A stretch of DNA of 64,000 bases, taken from NCBI GenBank assembly GCA_045655725.1, contig JAZOPT010000036.1, forward strand, positions 6,542 to 70,541. The letters run 5' to 3'. The stretch comes from Candidatus Scatosoma sp. (lineage in GTDB: Bacteria; Bacillota; Clostridia; Christensenellales; Borkfalkiaceae). Positions 46,947 through 56,062 of the stretch are shown piece after piece. The notes beneath the pieces are model-generated. The model was not told the DNA's origin and made no database searches. It saw only the letters and a list, made by a program, of their open reading frames with translations. Every line of letters begins with the position of its first letter. The stretch's first letter is position 1. A program made the position numbers and the translations under genes.

Positions 46947-47696
46947 ATGGCTACAAAAAAGAACACAATTAAATGGGAGCCTGATAATTTCGAGCTGGAA
47001 ACGAACACGGTATGGTCTTTCCCCAATCGCGGTAAATGGGCAACGCACGACGCAAAATGGCGTGGAAATTGGTCGCCTTATATACCGCGTAACATAATAC
47101 TTCGATATTCGCAAGAGGGGGATTGGATTCTCGATCAATTTGCGGGCGGCGGAACTACGCTTGTCGAAGCAAAGCTTCTAAATAGAAACTGTATCGGCGT
47201 GGACGTGAATCCGATTGCTTTAGAACGGTGCAAGGATAAATGCTCCTTTGAGCGTGAACAGCAGGGCAACGTTGATATTCGGCTTGGAGATGCGCGCAAG
47301 CTTGATTTTATTGAAAACGAATCGGTGGATTTGATTTGTACACACCCGCCGTATGCCAATATAATTGAGTATAGCGAAGATATCGAAAGCGACCTTTCAC
47401 TTTTGGAAATGAAAGACTTTTTAACAGAAATGTACAAGGTTGCCGAGGAAAGTTACAGAGTATTGAAAAAGGGCAAATTTTGCGCTATTTTAATGGGCGA
47501 TACCCGTAAAAAAGGCATGGTGCAGCCGCTCGCTTTTGAAACCATGCGTATTTTTGAACTCGTGGGGTTTAAGACAAAAGAAATTATCATTAAAGAACAA
47601 CACAACTGCAAAGCAACGGGGTTTTGGAAAACAAGCAGTATAAAACATAATTTCTTGCTTCTCGCACATGAATATTTATTTGTATTTAAGAAGTAA
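46947..47696 (+). CDS. Second DNA methyltransferase (N6A/N4C type; motif I precedes motif IV)
   Basis: LDQFAGGGTTLVEA (motif I) at about aa 70 and THPPYANI (motif IV) at about aa 133. Starts 1 nt after the endonuclease stop. Confidence 0.8.
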   Translation: MATKKNTIKWEPDNFELETNTVWSFPNRGKWATHDAKWRGNWSPYIPRNIILRYSQEGDWILDQFAGGGTTLVEAKLLNRNCIGVDVNPIALERCKDKCSFEREQQGNVDIRLGDARKLDFIENESVDLICTHPPYANIIEYSEDIESDLSLLEMKDFLTEMYKVAEESYRVLKKGKFCAILMGDTRKKGMVQPLAFETMRIFELVGFKTKEIIIKEQHNCKATGFWKTSSIKHNFLLLAHEYLFVFKK

Positions 47697-47714
47697 TAGT
47701 TTTTCTTTACCAAC

Positions 47715-47744
47715 AAAAAAACGCTCCTATGGGAGCGTTTTTGC
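47715..47744. terminator. Bidirectional terminator
   Basis: AAAAACGCTCC / GGAGCGTTTTT stem; lies between the convergent methylase gene and mnmG. Confidence 0.8.
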
Positions 47745-47745
47745 G

Positions 47746-49620
47746 TTATTTTCTTGTGGCAAGCCAAACCATCAACACGGATACGTCCGCGGGGTTGACT
47801 CCTGAAATTCTGCCCGCTTGACCTAAGTTTAAGGGTCGAACACGGTTTAATTTTTCCTGTGCTTCCAAGCGCAAGCCCAAAATTTCATCGTAGTTGATAT
47901 CGGGCGGGAGCAGCTTATCCTCCAAGCGCTTGGCTTTTTCTATCTGCTCAAAGCCCTGTTTTAAGTACCCCTCGTACCGAACGGCAATTTCCGCCGTTTC
48001 TAAAACGTCTTTTCGGTATTCTCCGAATACACCGAATTTCGCTATGATATCCTTTAAGGGCACGGAACGCTTTAACATATCCGCATACGAAACGCTGCCG
48101 CTAGGCGCGTTGTAGCCGTAGTCTGCCAAAAATTCTGCCGCCTGCTTTTGCGGAACTCGTTCTTGCATTTGGGATAAAAGTTGTTCGTAGGCTTGCTTTC
48201 TTTCCTGATACCGTAAATACCGCTCGTTCGTTACCAAGCCTACCGCTTTACCCTTTTCGGTTAAACGGAAATCGGCGTTGTCTTGGCGTAAGATAATGCG
48301 GTGCTCGGCGCGGGAGGTCATCATACGATATGGCTCGTCCGTGCCTTTGGTAACCAAATCGTCTATCAGTACGCCGATATACGCCTCGTCGCGGCGTAAC
48401 ACAAAGGGGGGCAAACCGCGCAATTTCAGCGAAGCGTTCAAGCCCGCCATAAGACCCTGCGCCGCCGCTTCTTCATACCCAGACGTTCCGTTGATTTGAC
48501 CTGCCGTATATATGCCCGATATTTTCTTAAATTCTAAGGTGGGCAGCACGTCCAACGTGTCGATGCAATCGTATTCTATGGCGTAGCCGTAACGCATGAT
48601 GTCCGCGTTTTCCAAGCCCGCAATAGACGAATACATCTGCCGTTGCACGTCGTGCGGCATGGAGGTGGACATACCCTGCACGTAAACCTCCAACGTGTCC
48701 GCGCCCTCGGGTTCTAAAAATATCTGGTGGCGTTCTTTGTCCTTGAAACGCACCACCTTCGTTTCGATAGAGGGGCAATACCGCGGTCCTGTGGATACAA
48801 TCGTGCCGTTGTAGAGCGGAGAACGCTCTAAATTGTCCAAAATAACCTCGTGCGTATGCAGGTTGGTATAGGTGAGATAGCAGGGCATTTTGTTTTCGGG
48901 TGGAACGTCGTGCAGGAAAGAAAACGGGTAAATATCCACGTCGCCGTTTTGGATTTCGCATTTAGAATAATCAATCGTTCTGCCGTCCACGCGCGCGGGA
49001 GTACCCGTCTTAAACCGCCGAACGTTAAAGCCCAAATCTATCAAATTTTTCGTCAAAAAGGTAGCGGGCGCAAACCCGTTCGGACCCGATTTTTGTACCA
49101 CGTCGCCCGTAATGGTTTCGCCGTTGAGATACACGCCCGTGCACAAAATCACAGCACGGCAGTTTATCACGCCGCCGTAGGAGGTCTTTACCCCCACGCA
49201 CGCGCCGTTTTCCACCAAAATTTCGCTTGCTTCCGCTTGAATGATACGAAGGTTAGGCGTGTTTTCCAACACTCGTTTCATCTCGCGGTGATAGGCGTTT
49301 TTATCCGACTGCGCGCGCAAGCTTTGTACCGCCGCACCCTTGCCGACGTTCAGCATACGTATTTGCAGAGCGGTATTATCCGCAATAATGCCCATTTCGC
49401 CGCCCAAAGCGTCTATTTCGCGGACAAGATGACCCTTTGCCGTGCCGCCGATAGAGGGGTTGCAGGGCAAAAACGCAATGCTATCCAAATTGAGCGTCAA
49501 AAGAGCGGTTTTTTGTCCTGTGCGCGCCAAAGCCAACGCGGCTTCACAGCCCGCGTGCCCTGCGCCGACCACCACCGCGTCCGCCGTATATTCTGTAAAC
49601 GTTACCTTACTGTTTGTCAT
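47746..49620 (-). CDS. mnmG: tRNA uridine 5-carboxymethylaminomethyl modification enzyme MnmG (GidA)
   Basis: VVVGAGHAGCEAALALAR FAD motif; full-length GidA, 624 aa. Confidence 0.97.
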   Translation of the reverse strand: MTNSKVTFTEYTADAVVVGAGHAGCEAALALARTGQKTALLTLNLDSIAFLPCNPSIGGTAKGHLVREIDALGGEMGIIADNTALQIRMLNVGKGAAVQSLRAQSDKNAYHREMKRVLENTPNLRIIQAEASEILVENGACVGVKTSYGGVINCRAVILCTGVYLNGETITGDVVQKSGPNGFAPATFLTKNLIDLGFNVRRFKTGTPARVDGRTIDYSKCEIQNGDVDIYPFSFLHDVPPENKMPCYLTYTNLHTHEVILDNLERSPLYNGTIVSTGPRYCPSIETKVVRFKDKERHQIFLEPEGADTLEVYVQGMSTSMPHDVQRQMYSSIAGLENADIMRYGYAIEYDCIDTLDVLPTLEFKKISGIYTAGQINGTSGYEEAAAQGLMAGLNASLKLRGLPPFVLRRDEAYIGVLIDDLVTKGTDEPYRMMTSRAEHRIILRQDNADFRLTEKGKAVGLVTNERYLRYQERKQAYEQLLSQMQERVPQKQAAEFLADYGYNAPSGSVSYADMLKRSVPLKDIIAKFGVFGEYRKDVLETAEIAVRYEGYLKQGFEQIEKAKRLEDKLLPPDINYDEILGLRLEAQEKLNRVRPLNLGQAGRISGVNPADVSVLMVWLATRK

Positions 49621-49627
49621 ACTCTCT

Positions 49628-50962
49628 TTATTTCTTCAAAACGATGTTTTTGATGTCGTCTATTTCTTTGGCGATTTTATCGTTCAGCTTTTCTAATTTT
49701 TCCATTTTATCGCGCGCATACATAATGGTAGTGTGGTCGCGCCCGCCCAGCTTTTTCCCAATGGCATCAAGGGGGAGGGAAAGCATTTCACACATCAAAT
49801 ACGCACAAATTTGCCGAGCTTTGGCAAGGTCGGCTTTTTTGCCTTTGCCCAAGAGGTCCTCTTTTTTCTGTTTGAAATACGAACAAACCGCCGAAATGAT
49901 GCTTTCGGGCGTGATATCCTCTTTGGATTCTTCTTCGCTCACCGATTCTCTTAACGCACGTTGCGCAAGCTCTAACGTAATGGGTTCTTCGTGCAGTCTG
50001 CTAGCGAAAATAACCTTTGTCAGCCTGCCCTCCAACATACGCACGTCGTGCCCCGAATTGCGGGTAAGAAATTCTAAAACGTCGTCGGGAACGGAGCATT
50101 TTCTATCCATAGCCTTACGCTTCAAAATAGCGATTTTCGTCTCCGTTGTCGGGGGTTGGATATCCGCAATCATACCGCCCTCAAAGCGGGTGCGCAATCT
50201 TTCTTCCAAGGTGGCAATTTCCTTGGGCGGACGGTCGGAGGTTAAAACGATTTGCTTGTTTTGAGCGGAAAGCTCGTTAAAGGTGTGGAAAAACTCTTCC
50301 TGCACCTGCGTTTTATTTTTCAAAAACTGTACGTCGTCAATCATCAAAACGTCCACGTTGCGGTAATGCAAGCGGAAGCGCGCGCCGTTCTTTTGCGCGA
50401 TAGAATCGATAAACTCGTTAAGGAAGTTTTCGCAGGTGGTGTACAGTACCTTTTTTTCGGGCGAACGCTGCGCGATATCGTTGGCGATTGCGTGCATAAG
50501 GTGCGTTTTGCCAAGACCCGATTCCCCGTAAATAAACAGGGGGTTGAACGTTTCTCCGGGGTTTTCCGCAACGGCTTTTGCCGCGGCGTATACAAACTTC
50601 GTTCCAGGTCCTACGACAAAGGAATCAAAGGTAAAGCCTTTGTTGATAGGGGAGGGCTGGAAGGCGTCCATAGCGTCCTCTTCCGCGTCCAGAGTATAAA
50701 CGTCGCTGCCCTCTACGTACAGACGGAAATCGTTGACGCCCAAGTCGCACTTTACGATAGCCTCGCGAATTTTTTCCGCGTGCTTGTTCATGATAACGCT
50801 TGCCGCCATATCCGTTTCCGTTTTCAGAATAATTTTTCTGCCCGAGATATCAATGGGTTCAAGCGGTTTGATAAACGTATTGTACGATACTTGTGAAATT
50901 AAATTTTCCACCCGTTCGCTGATCTGTCGCCAAACGTAAAGAAGTTGCGTGCTTTCCGGCAT
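49628..50962 (-). CDS. dnaA: Chromosomal replication initiator protein DnaA
   Basis: AAA+ Walker A GESGLGKTHL, Walker B LMIDDVQF, domain IV (DHTTIMYA). ATG at 50962 follows AAGGTGG. Confidence 0.96.
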   Translation of the reverse strand: MPESTQLLYVWRQISERVENLISQVSYNTFIKPLEPIDISGRKIILKTETDMAASVIMNKHAEKIREAIVKCDLGVNDFRLYVEGSDVYTLDAEEDAMDAFQPSPINKGFTFDSFVVGPGTKFVYAAAKAVAENPGETFNPLFIYGESGLGKTHLMHAIANDIAQRSPEKKVLYTTCENFLNEFIDSIAQKNGARFRLHYRNVDVLMIDDVQFLKNKTQVQEEFFHTFNELSAQNKQIVLTSDRPPKEIATLEERLRTRFEGGMIADIQPPTTETKIAILKRKAMDRKCSVPDDVLEFLTRNSGHDVRMLEGRLTKVIFASRLHEEPITLELAQRALRESVSEEESKEDITPESIISAVCSYFKQKKEDLLGKGKKADLAKARQICAYLMCEMLSLPLDAIGKKLGGRDHTTIMYARDKMEKLEKLNDKIAKEIDDIKNIVLKK

Positions 50963-51106
50963 AAGTTTATTCCCACCTTGCAATTATTTTCCGTGATTTT
51001 TTCTTTGAATGCTGTATATAACCTTGAAATTTTGAAAATTATTTGATATAATTATAATACAAAACGCGTAAAAAAGAAAGCGGTTTTGGGCGGATTTTTA
51101 AGGATT

Positions 51107-52192
51107 ATGCAAATAAAAAAATTATTCCTTCAAAATTTCAGAAATTACGAAAGCGAAAACTTTACGTTTTCGGAGGGCTTAAACGTCCTTTTCGGCAAAA
51201 ATGCGCAGGGGAAAACCAACTGCGCCGAAGCCGTTTTCTATCTTTGCACGGGAGCGTCGCTCCGTATTCGCCACGATAAACAGCTTATCCGTTTGGGCGC
51301 AGACCACGCCAAAATCACCGCCGAGGCGCAAAACCGTTACGGCAAGGTGGTAATCGAGGCGATTATTTACGAAAATAAGCGGGAACTTCGCGTAAACGGC
51401 AATAAAATAAGCAAAAACGCCGACCTTATGGGTCATATCAACAGCGTGTTTTTCTCCCCGGGCGAACTGCGTTTGATTCAGGACGGACCTGACGAACGCC
51501 GCCGTTTCATGAATATTTCTATTTCCCAAACCTCGCCCGCCTATTATACCGCTTTGCTTCGGTACAATAAAATTTTAGACCAACGCAACGCGCTTTTGAA
51601 AAACCACGACGTGTCTTTGGTGCTGGATACGCTGCCCGTATGGGACGAACAGCTTTGCAAATATGCCGCGGTCATCGTGAAAAAGCGTGCGGAATTTTTG
51701 GAAAAGCTTGCCCCTTACGCCAAGGAAATGCACGCATTTTTAACGGACGGAGCGGAGGAGCTTGTCGTTCGCCCCGACAGACATTATCAAGGCACGGAAG
51801 AAGAGATTGCCAAAACGCTTGTGCGGCGGTTGGAAAACAATTACGAAAAGGATTTGCGGTTGGGCTTTACGACGGTGGGTCCGCATAGGGACGATTTGGA
51901 CGTATTGCTTTCGGGAGTAGATGCCAAATCGTACGCATCGCAAGGTCAAACGCGAACGGCGGCTTTGGCGTTAAAGCTTGCCGAGGTGCAAATTTTTCAC
52001 GACCTTTCGGGCGAATATCCCCTGTTGGTGTTGGACGACGTTATGAGCGAGCTTGACCTGCCTCGCCGTAAAAAGCTGCTGCAACGGATAAAGGGAATGC
52101 AGACCATCTTAACCTGCACGCACGCCGAACGTGTTTTATACGGCACAGAGTGCAACAAAATACGTATCGACAACGGACATATAAAAGAATAA
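51107..52192 (+). CDS. recF: DNA replication and repair protein RecF
   Basis: MQIKKLFLQNFRNYE start, Walker A GKNAQGKTN, signature ASQGQ, Walker B LLVLDDVMSELD. Confidence 0.94.
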   Translation: MQIKKLFLQNFRNYESENFTFSEGLNVLFGKNAQGKTNCAEAVFYLCTGASLRIRHDKQLIRLGADHAKITAEAQNRYGKVVIEAIIYENKRELRVNGNKISKNADLMGHINSVFFSPGELRLIQDGPDERRRFMNISISQTSPAYYTALLRYNKILDQRNALLKNHDVSLVLDTLPVWDEQLCKYAAVIVKKRAEFLEKLAPYAKEMHAFLTDGAEELVVRPDRHYQGTEEEIAKTLVRRLENNYEKDLRLGFTTVGPHRDDLDVLLSGVDAKSYASQGQTRTAALALKLAEVQIFHDLSGEYPLLVLDDVMSELDLPRRKKLLQRIKGMQTILTCTHAERVLYGTECNKIRIDNGHIKE

Positions 52193-52206
52193 GACAAAGT
52201 TTTTGG

Positions 52207-52250
52207 CAAGCCCCAAGCGTTATACAACGGCGTTTGGGGCTTGTATATTT
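52207..52250 (+). terminator. Rho-independent terminator of recF
   Basis: 13-bp stem CAAGCCCCAAGCG / CGTTTGGGGCTTG with a T-rich tail. Confidence 0.75.
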
Positions 52251-52372
52251 TCCTAATTTTTGTGCATACTGACAGTAAAATACCCCACCCGTGTATGCGA
52301 TGAACGTAAAAATAACGTAGAAATATCGAAGCAGGGTTGGGGATAAGATGCGGCGAGAGAAACGAAATACGT

Positions 52373-53272
52373 ATGCAGAAAAGACGAACGATATCGACAA
52401 TGAAACCCGTGCAAAAACGGATACGCCAAGCTTTTGCCTCGCTCCTTTTTTCGGGGGCGTTTTTCTTTTGCGCGGGCGTATATCCCTGCGCATATCCCTG
52501 CGCATATCCCTGTGCCCTGCAATCGTGGGTGCAATTAGGGGTGCAATCGAGTGCGCAAGCAAGCGAGCAAACGGAATGGCAAACGATATCCTCCTACACC
52601 ACCTATTATAACGTAAAAGAAGCGGGTAGAAGTGAAAATATCCGTATAGCGGCTTCGCTTATCAGCGGGGTAACGTTGCAGGCGTACGGCGAATTTTCCT
52701 TTAATCAAACGGTGGGCAAGCGCACGGAGGAGGCGGGCTTTCAGCAGGCGAAAATCATCGTCGGCGGCGAATACGTTTTGGGTACGGGCGGCGGCGTTTG
52801 TCAGGTAAGCACCACCTTGTATAACGCTGCCTTAAAATCGGGCTTGACGGTAACGGAATACCACCCGCACACGCTTGCACCTGCCTACGTAGACCCCTCG
52901 CGCGACGCCATGGTTTCCACACAAAGCGATTTGAAGCTGTTCAATCCCTATCCCTATTCCGTTCGACTGATAACGCAGGTATCGGAGGGAAGCGTCCGAG
53001 TTCGGTTTTTGCGCAAGCAAAGTGAAAAACAGCCCGTTTACCGATATGAAATATCCTCTTGTACGTTGGAGGAGATTTCGCCGCCACCGCCCGTTATCAA
53101 GGAGGACGAAGAGGAGAAAATTTTGCGTTCCCCGAAAAACGGAGTGAAAAGCGAGGCGTACCTTGCTTGTTATCGGGGAGAAGCTTTGTTATGGAAAAAA
53201 TTGCTGCGCAAAGACGAATACCGACCTGTTCAGGGAATAATCGCCAAAAAAATCCCTTTTACGAGCGATTAA
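52373..53272 (+). CDS. VanW-family protein
   Basis: GGGVCQVSTTLYNAALKSGL is the VanW core. Signal-anchor N-terminus. The start is uncertain (52337 TTG, 52373 ATG or 52400 ATG). Confidence 0.8.
   Translation: MQKRRTISTMKPVQKRIRQAFASLLFSGAFFFCAGVYPCAYPCAYPCALQSWVQLGVQSSAQASEQTEWQTISSYTTYYNVKEAGRSENIRIAASLISGVTLQAYGEFSFNQTVGKRTEEAGFQQAKIIVGGEYVLGTGGGVCQVSTTLYNAALKSGLTVTEYHPHTLAPAYVDPSRDAMVSTQSDLKLFNPYPYSVRLITQVSEGSVRVRFLRKQSEKQPVYRYEISSCTLEEISPPPPVIKEDEEEKILRSPKNGVKSEAYLACYRGEALLWKKLLRKDEYRPVQGIIAKKIPFTSD
52476..52511 (+). repeat. 3 x 12-bp in-frame tandem repeat inside the VanW signal region
   Basis: GCGTATATCCCT GCGCATATCCCT GCGCATATCCCT, encoding (V/A)YPC repeats. Confidence 0.8.
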
Positions 53273-53306
53273 CAGGGATTAAATGCGATTAAATGCGTTC
53301 AAACGA

Positions 53307-53335
53307 TTGTCTTTTTTTTGAAAAAATGCTATAAT
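53307..53335 (+). promoter_or_regulatory. Sigma-70-type promoter of asnS
   Basis: TTGTCT (53307-53312), 17-nt spacer, TATAAT (53330-53335). Confidence 0.55.
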
Positions 53336-53410
53336 AAAACAGTATAAAATTAGGAAAAGTGTCGCAAGGCGAAGTTTCGGCTTTCCCATGCGGACAAAGG
53401 CAGGTTGACT

Positions 53411-54802
53411 ATGGAAAGACTTACGTTAAAACAGCTGAACGCAGACGTGTCGCAATATGGCGGCAAATCGGTAACGGTAGCGGGTTGGGCAAGGACCATT
53501 CGTGATTCCAAGGCGTTTGGATTTATCGAGCTCAACGACGGGAGCTGTTTCAAAAGCACGCAAATCGTATTCGAGCGGGCGAATATAAGCAATTACGACG
53601 AAATTGCGCACGGAAACGTGGGTATGTCGCTGATTGTCAAGGGGGAAGTGGTATTAACTCCCGAAAACAAACAGCCGTACGAAATCAAGGCGACGGAGAT
53701 AGCGATAGAGGGAGCTTCCACGCCCGATTATCCCTTGCAAAAGAAACGCCACTCGGTGGAATTTTTGCGGGAAATCGCCTATTTGCGCCCCCGTACCAAT
53801 CTTTTTGGCGCGGTGTTTAGAGTCCGCAGTGAAGCGGCGATTGCGGTGCATAAATTTTTCAATGAACGCGGATTTGTCTACGTGCATACGCCCATTATCA
53901 CGGGTAGCGATTGCGAGGGCGCGGGTGCGATGTTCCAAGTAACCACTTTGGATATGGACGCTCTTTCCAAGGGTGAGAAATTAGATTATAAATCGGACTT
54001 TTTCGGCAAAAAAGCCGCGCTTACGGTGTCGGGTCAGTTGAATGCGGAAACGTATGCGATGGCGTTTGGGAACGTATATACGTTTGGGCCTACCTTCCGT
54101 GCGGAGCATTCCAACACGGCGCGCCACGCTGCGGAATTTTGGATGATAGAGCCTGAAATGGCGTTCTGCGACCTCGCGGGCGACATGGACGTAGCGGAAG
54201 CAATGGTGAAATACGTCATCGATTACGTAAGCGAAACGTGCGCGGACGAGATTAACTTCTTTAATCAGTTTGTGGATACAGGCTTAAAGGAACGGTTAAA
54301 GAACGTTTCCGAAAACGCGTTTGTTCGCTTGACGTATACGGAAGCGATAGAGATATTAAAGCAAAACGCGGACAGGTTTGACGATAAAAACATTTTCTGG
54401 GGCAAGGATTTACAGAGCGAACACGAACGTTTCCTTACGGAAAGCGTGTTCAAAAAACCCGTGTTCCTTACCGATTATCCCAAGGAAATCAAGGCGTTTT
54501 ACATGAAGCTGAACCCCGACAACAAAACGGTGGCGGCGGCAGACTTGTTAGTGCCGGGTATCGGGGAATTGGTAGGCGGTTCGCAAAGAGAGGACGACTA
54601 CGATAAATTGGTAGCTCGTATCAAAGAGCTTGGTATGAATCCCGAGGATTATTCTTGGTATCTCAATTTACGCAAATACGGCGGAACGACGCACAGCGGC
54701 TTCGGTCTTGGTTTCGAGCGTATGATTATGTATTTAACAGGCGTTGCGAATATCCGCGATGTGGTGCCGTTCCCGCGCACGGTTAGCAATCTCGAATACT
54801 AA
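53411..54802 (+). CDS. asnS: Asparagine--tRNA ligase
   Basis: Class IIb synthetase: OB anticodon domain, [30 protein letters not shown]. Confidence 0.95.
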   Translation: MERLTLKQLNADVSQYGGKSVTVAGWARTIRDSKAFGFIELNDGSCFKSTQIVFERANISNYDEIAHGNVGMSLIVKGEVVLTPENKQPYEIKATEIAIEGASTPDYPLQKKRHSVEFLREIAYLRPRTNLFGAVFRVRSEAAIAVHKFFNERGFVYVHTPIITGSDCEGAGAMFQVTTLDMDALSKGEKLDYKSDFFGKKAALTVSGQLNAETYAMAFGNVYTFGPTFRAEHSNTARHAAEFWMIEPEMAFCDLAGDMDVAEAMVKYVIDYVSETCADEINFFNQFVDTGLKERLKNVSENAFVRLTYTEAIEILKQNADRFDDKNIFWGKDLQSEHERFLTESVFKKPVFLTDYPKEIKAFYMKLNPDNKTVAAADLLVPGIGELVGGSQREDDYDKLVARIKELGMNPEDYSWYLNLRKYGGTTHSGFGLGFERMIMYLTGVANIRDVVPFPRTVSNLEY

Positions 54803-54946
54803 AAACGAAGAATATGCTACGGCGGGTGCGCCCGCAGCGAAACCGTATCTATCCTCTTATGGGGAAGTAAGATAGGTGCGTGTACGCGAGCGTAACGGTG
54901 TTTACGGATAAAGGATAGAAAGACTTGTCAGTGGCGACTCGCCACC
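54800..54946 (+). repeat. Structured intergenic element, module 1 (asnS-plsX copy)
   Basis: It begins on the asnS TAA. About 90% identical by eye to 60350-60498. Hairpins GCGGG-TGCG-CCCGC and GTGGCG-ACT-CGCCAC. Confidence 0.85.
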
Positions 54947-54968
54947 CCAAAGCAAGGAGAAAACAAAT

Positions 54969-56039
54969 ATGGTAAAAATAGTCATCGACGCCATGGGCGG
55001 GGATTACGCGCCCAAACAGCAAGTGCTCGGCACGGTAGCTGCTCTTAATAACGACAAAGAACTGTCCGTCATTTTGGTAGGCGACAAGCCGCAAATAGAA
55101 GCGGAGCTTTCCACACTCAAATACGATAAATCCCGCTTGGAAATCGTACATACGACGGAAGTGATTACAATGGAAGAAGTTCCCACAAAGGCGGTCAAAA
55201 CCAAAAAGGACTCCTCTTTGGTAGTCGCTTTCAGACTCTTAAAAGAGGGAAAAGCGGACGGCTTGGTGTCGTCCGGTTCTACGGGCGCGGTGCTGACGGC
55301 AGGCGTGCTTATATTAGGCAGAATCAAAGGGGTATCCCGCCCTGCGCTTTGTCCGCGTATTCCCAATCACAGAGGGGAAGGCACTTTAATTTGCGATTGC
55401 GGTGCAAATCTGGAATGCAAGCCTATCAATTTGGTGCATTTCGCCATTATGGCAACGGCATACGCACAGGCAACGTACGGTATAGATAAACCTCGCGTAG
55501 GGCTTTTGAATAACGGCACGGAAGACCACAAAGGCACTCTGTTGCACCAAACGACCAACGCCGCGTTAAAACAGCTTGACTGTATCAATTACAGCGGCAA
55601 CGTAGAGGCGCGCGACCTCATGTACGGCGACATTGACGTTATGGTTGCGGACGGCTTTACGGGCAATATAGCCATGAAAGCGGTAGAGGGCTGCGGAAAA
55701 GCGGTAAGCAACATTATCAAAGGGGAATTCAAGAAAAATCTTTGGACGAAATTGCGCGCACTCCTTTGCGGCGACATTCTCAAAGGCATTAAAAAGGGCT
55801 TGGACTACGAACGCATGGGCGGCGCAACCTTTTTGGGCTTGACCAAAACGGTAGTAAAAGGGCACGGAAATTCTAAGGCTCGTGGCTTCTCCGTGTGCAT
55901 TTCGCAAGCGGCGAACGCCGTTCGAGGCAACATGGTAGAGAAAATTAAAGAAATGATAGAGAGCGTAGATATGGAAGCGGTAAATAACGCCACCACGCTT
56001 GCCGACTCTGCCACCGCAACGCCGACGGCGCAGGCATAA
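54969..56039 (+). CDS. plsX: Phosphate acyltransferase PlsX
   Basis: MVKIVIDAMGGDYAP start and full-length PlsX pattern. Confidence 0.95.
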   Translation: MVKIVIDAMGGDYAPKQQVLGTVAALNNDKELSVILVGDKPQIEAELSTLKYDKSRLEIVHTTEVITMEEVPTKAVKTKKDSSLVVAFRLLKEGKADGLVSSGSTGAVLTAGVLILGRIKGVSRPALCPRIPNHRGEGTLICDCGANLECKPINLVHFAIMATAYAQATYGIDKPRVGLLNNGTEDHKGTLLHQTTNAALKQLDCINYSGNVEARDLMYGDIDVMVADGFTGNIAMKAVEGCGKAVSNIIKGEFKKNLWTKLRALLCGDILKGIKKGLDYERMGGATFLGLTKTVVKGHGNSKARGFSVCISQAANAVRGNMVEKIKEMIESVDMEAVNNATTLADSATATPTAQA

Positions 56040-56062
56040 CGCAGGCGTAGGCGCGACAGGCT

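Noticed and set aside
50963-51106. oriC with DnaA boxes in the dnaA-recF spacer
   Set aside because: The spacer is AT-rich, but I found no cluster of TTATCCACA-like boxes. The best site has two mismatches and overlaps the dnaA SD region. I therefore do not call it an origin.
54925-54946. CAGTGGCGAC.CGCCAC resembling (in reverse complement) the GCCACTG box of cobalamin riboswitches
   Set aside because: The orientation is wrong relative to the downstream genes. The rest of the cobalamin consensus (the AGGGAA and GGTGAAAATCC regions) is absent.
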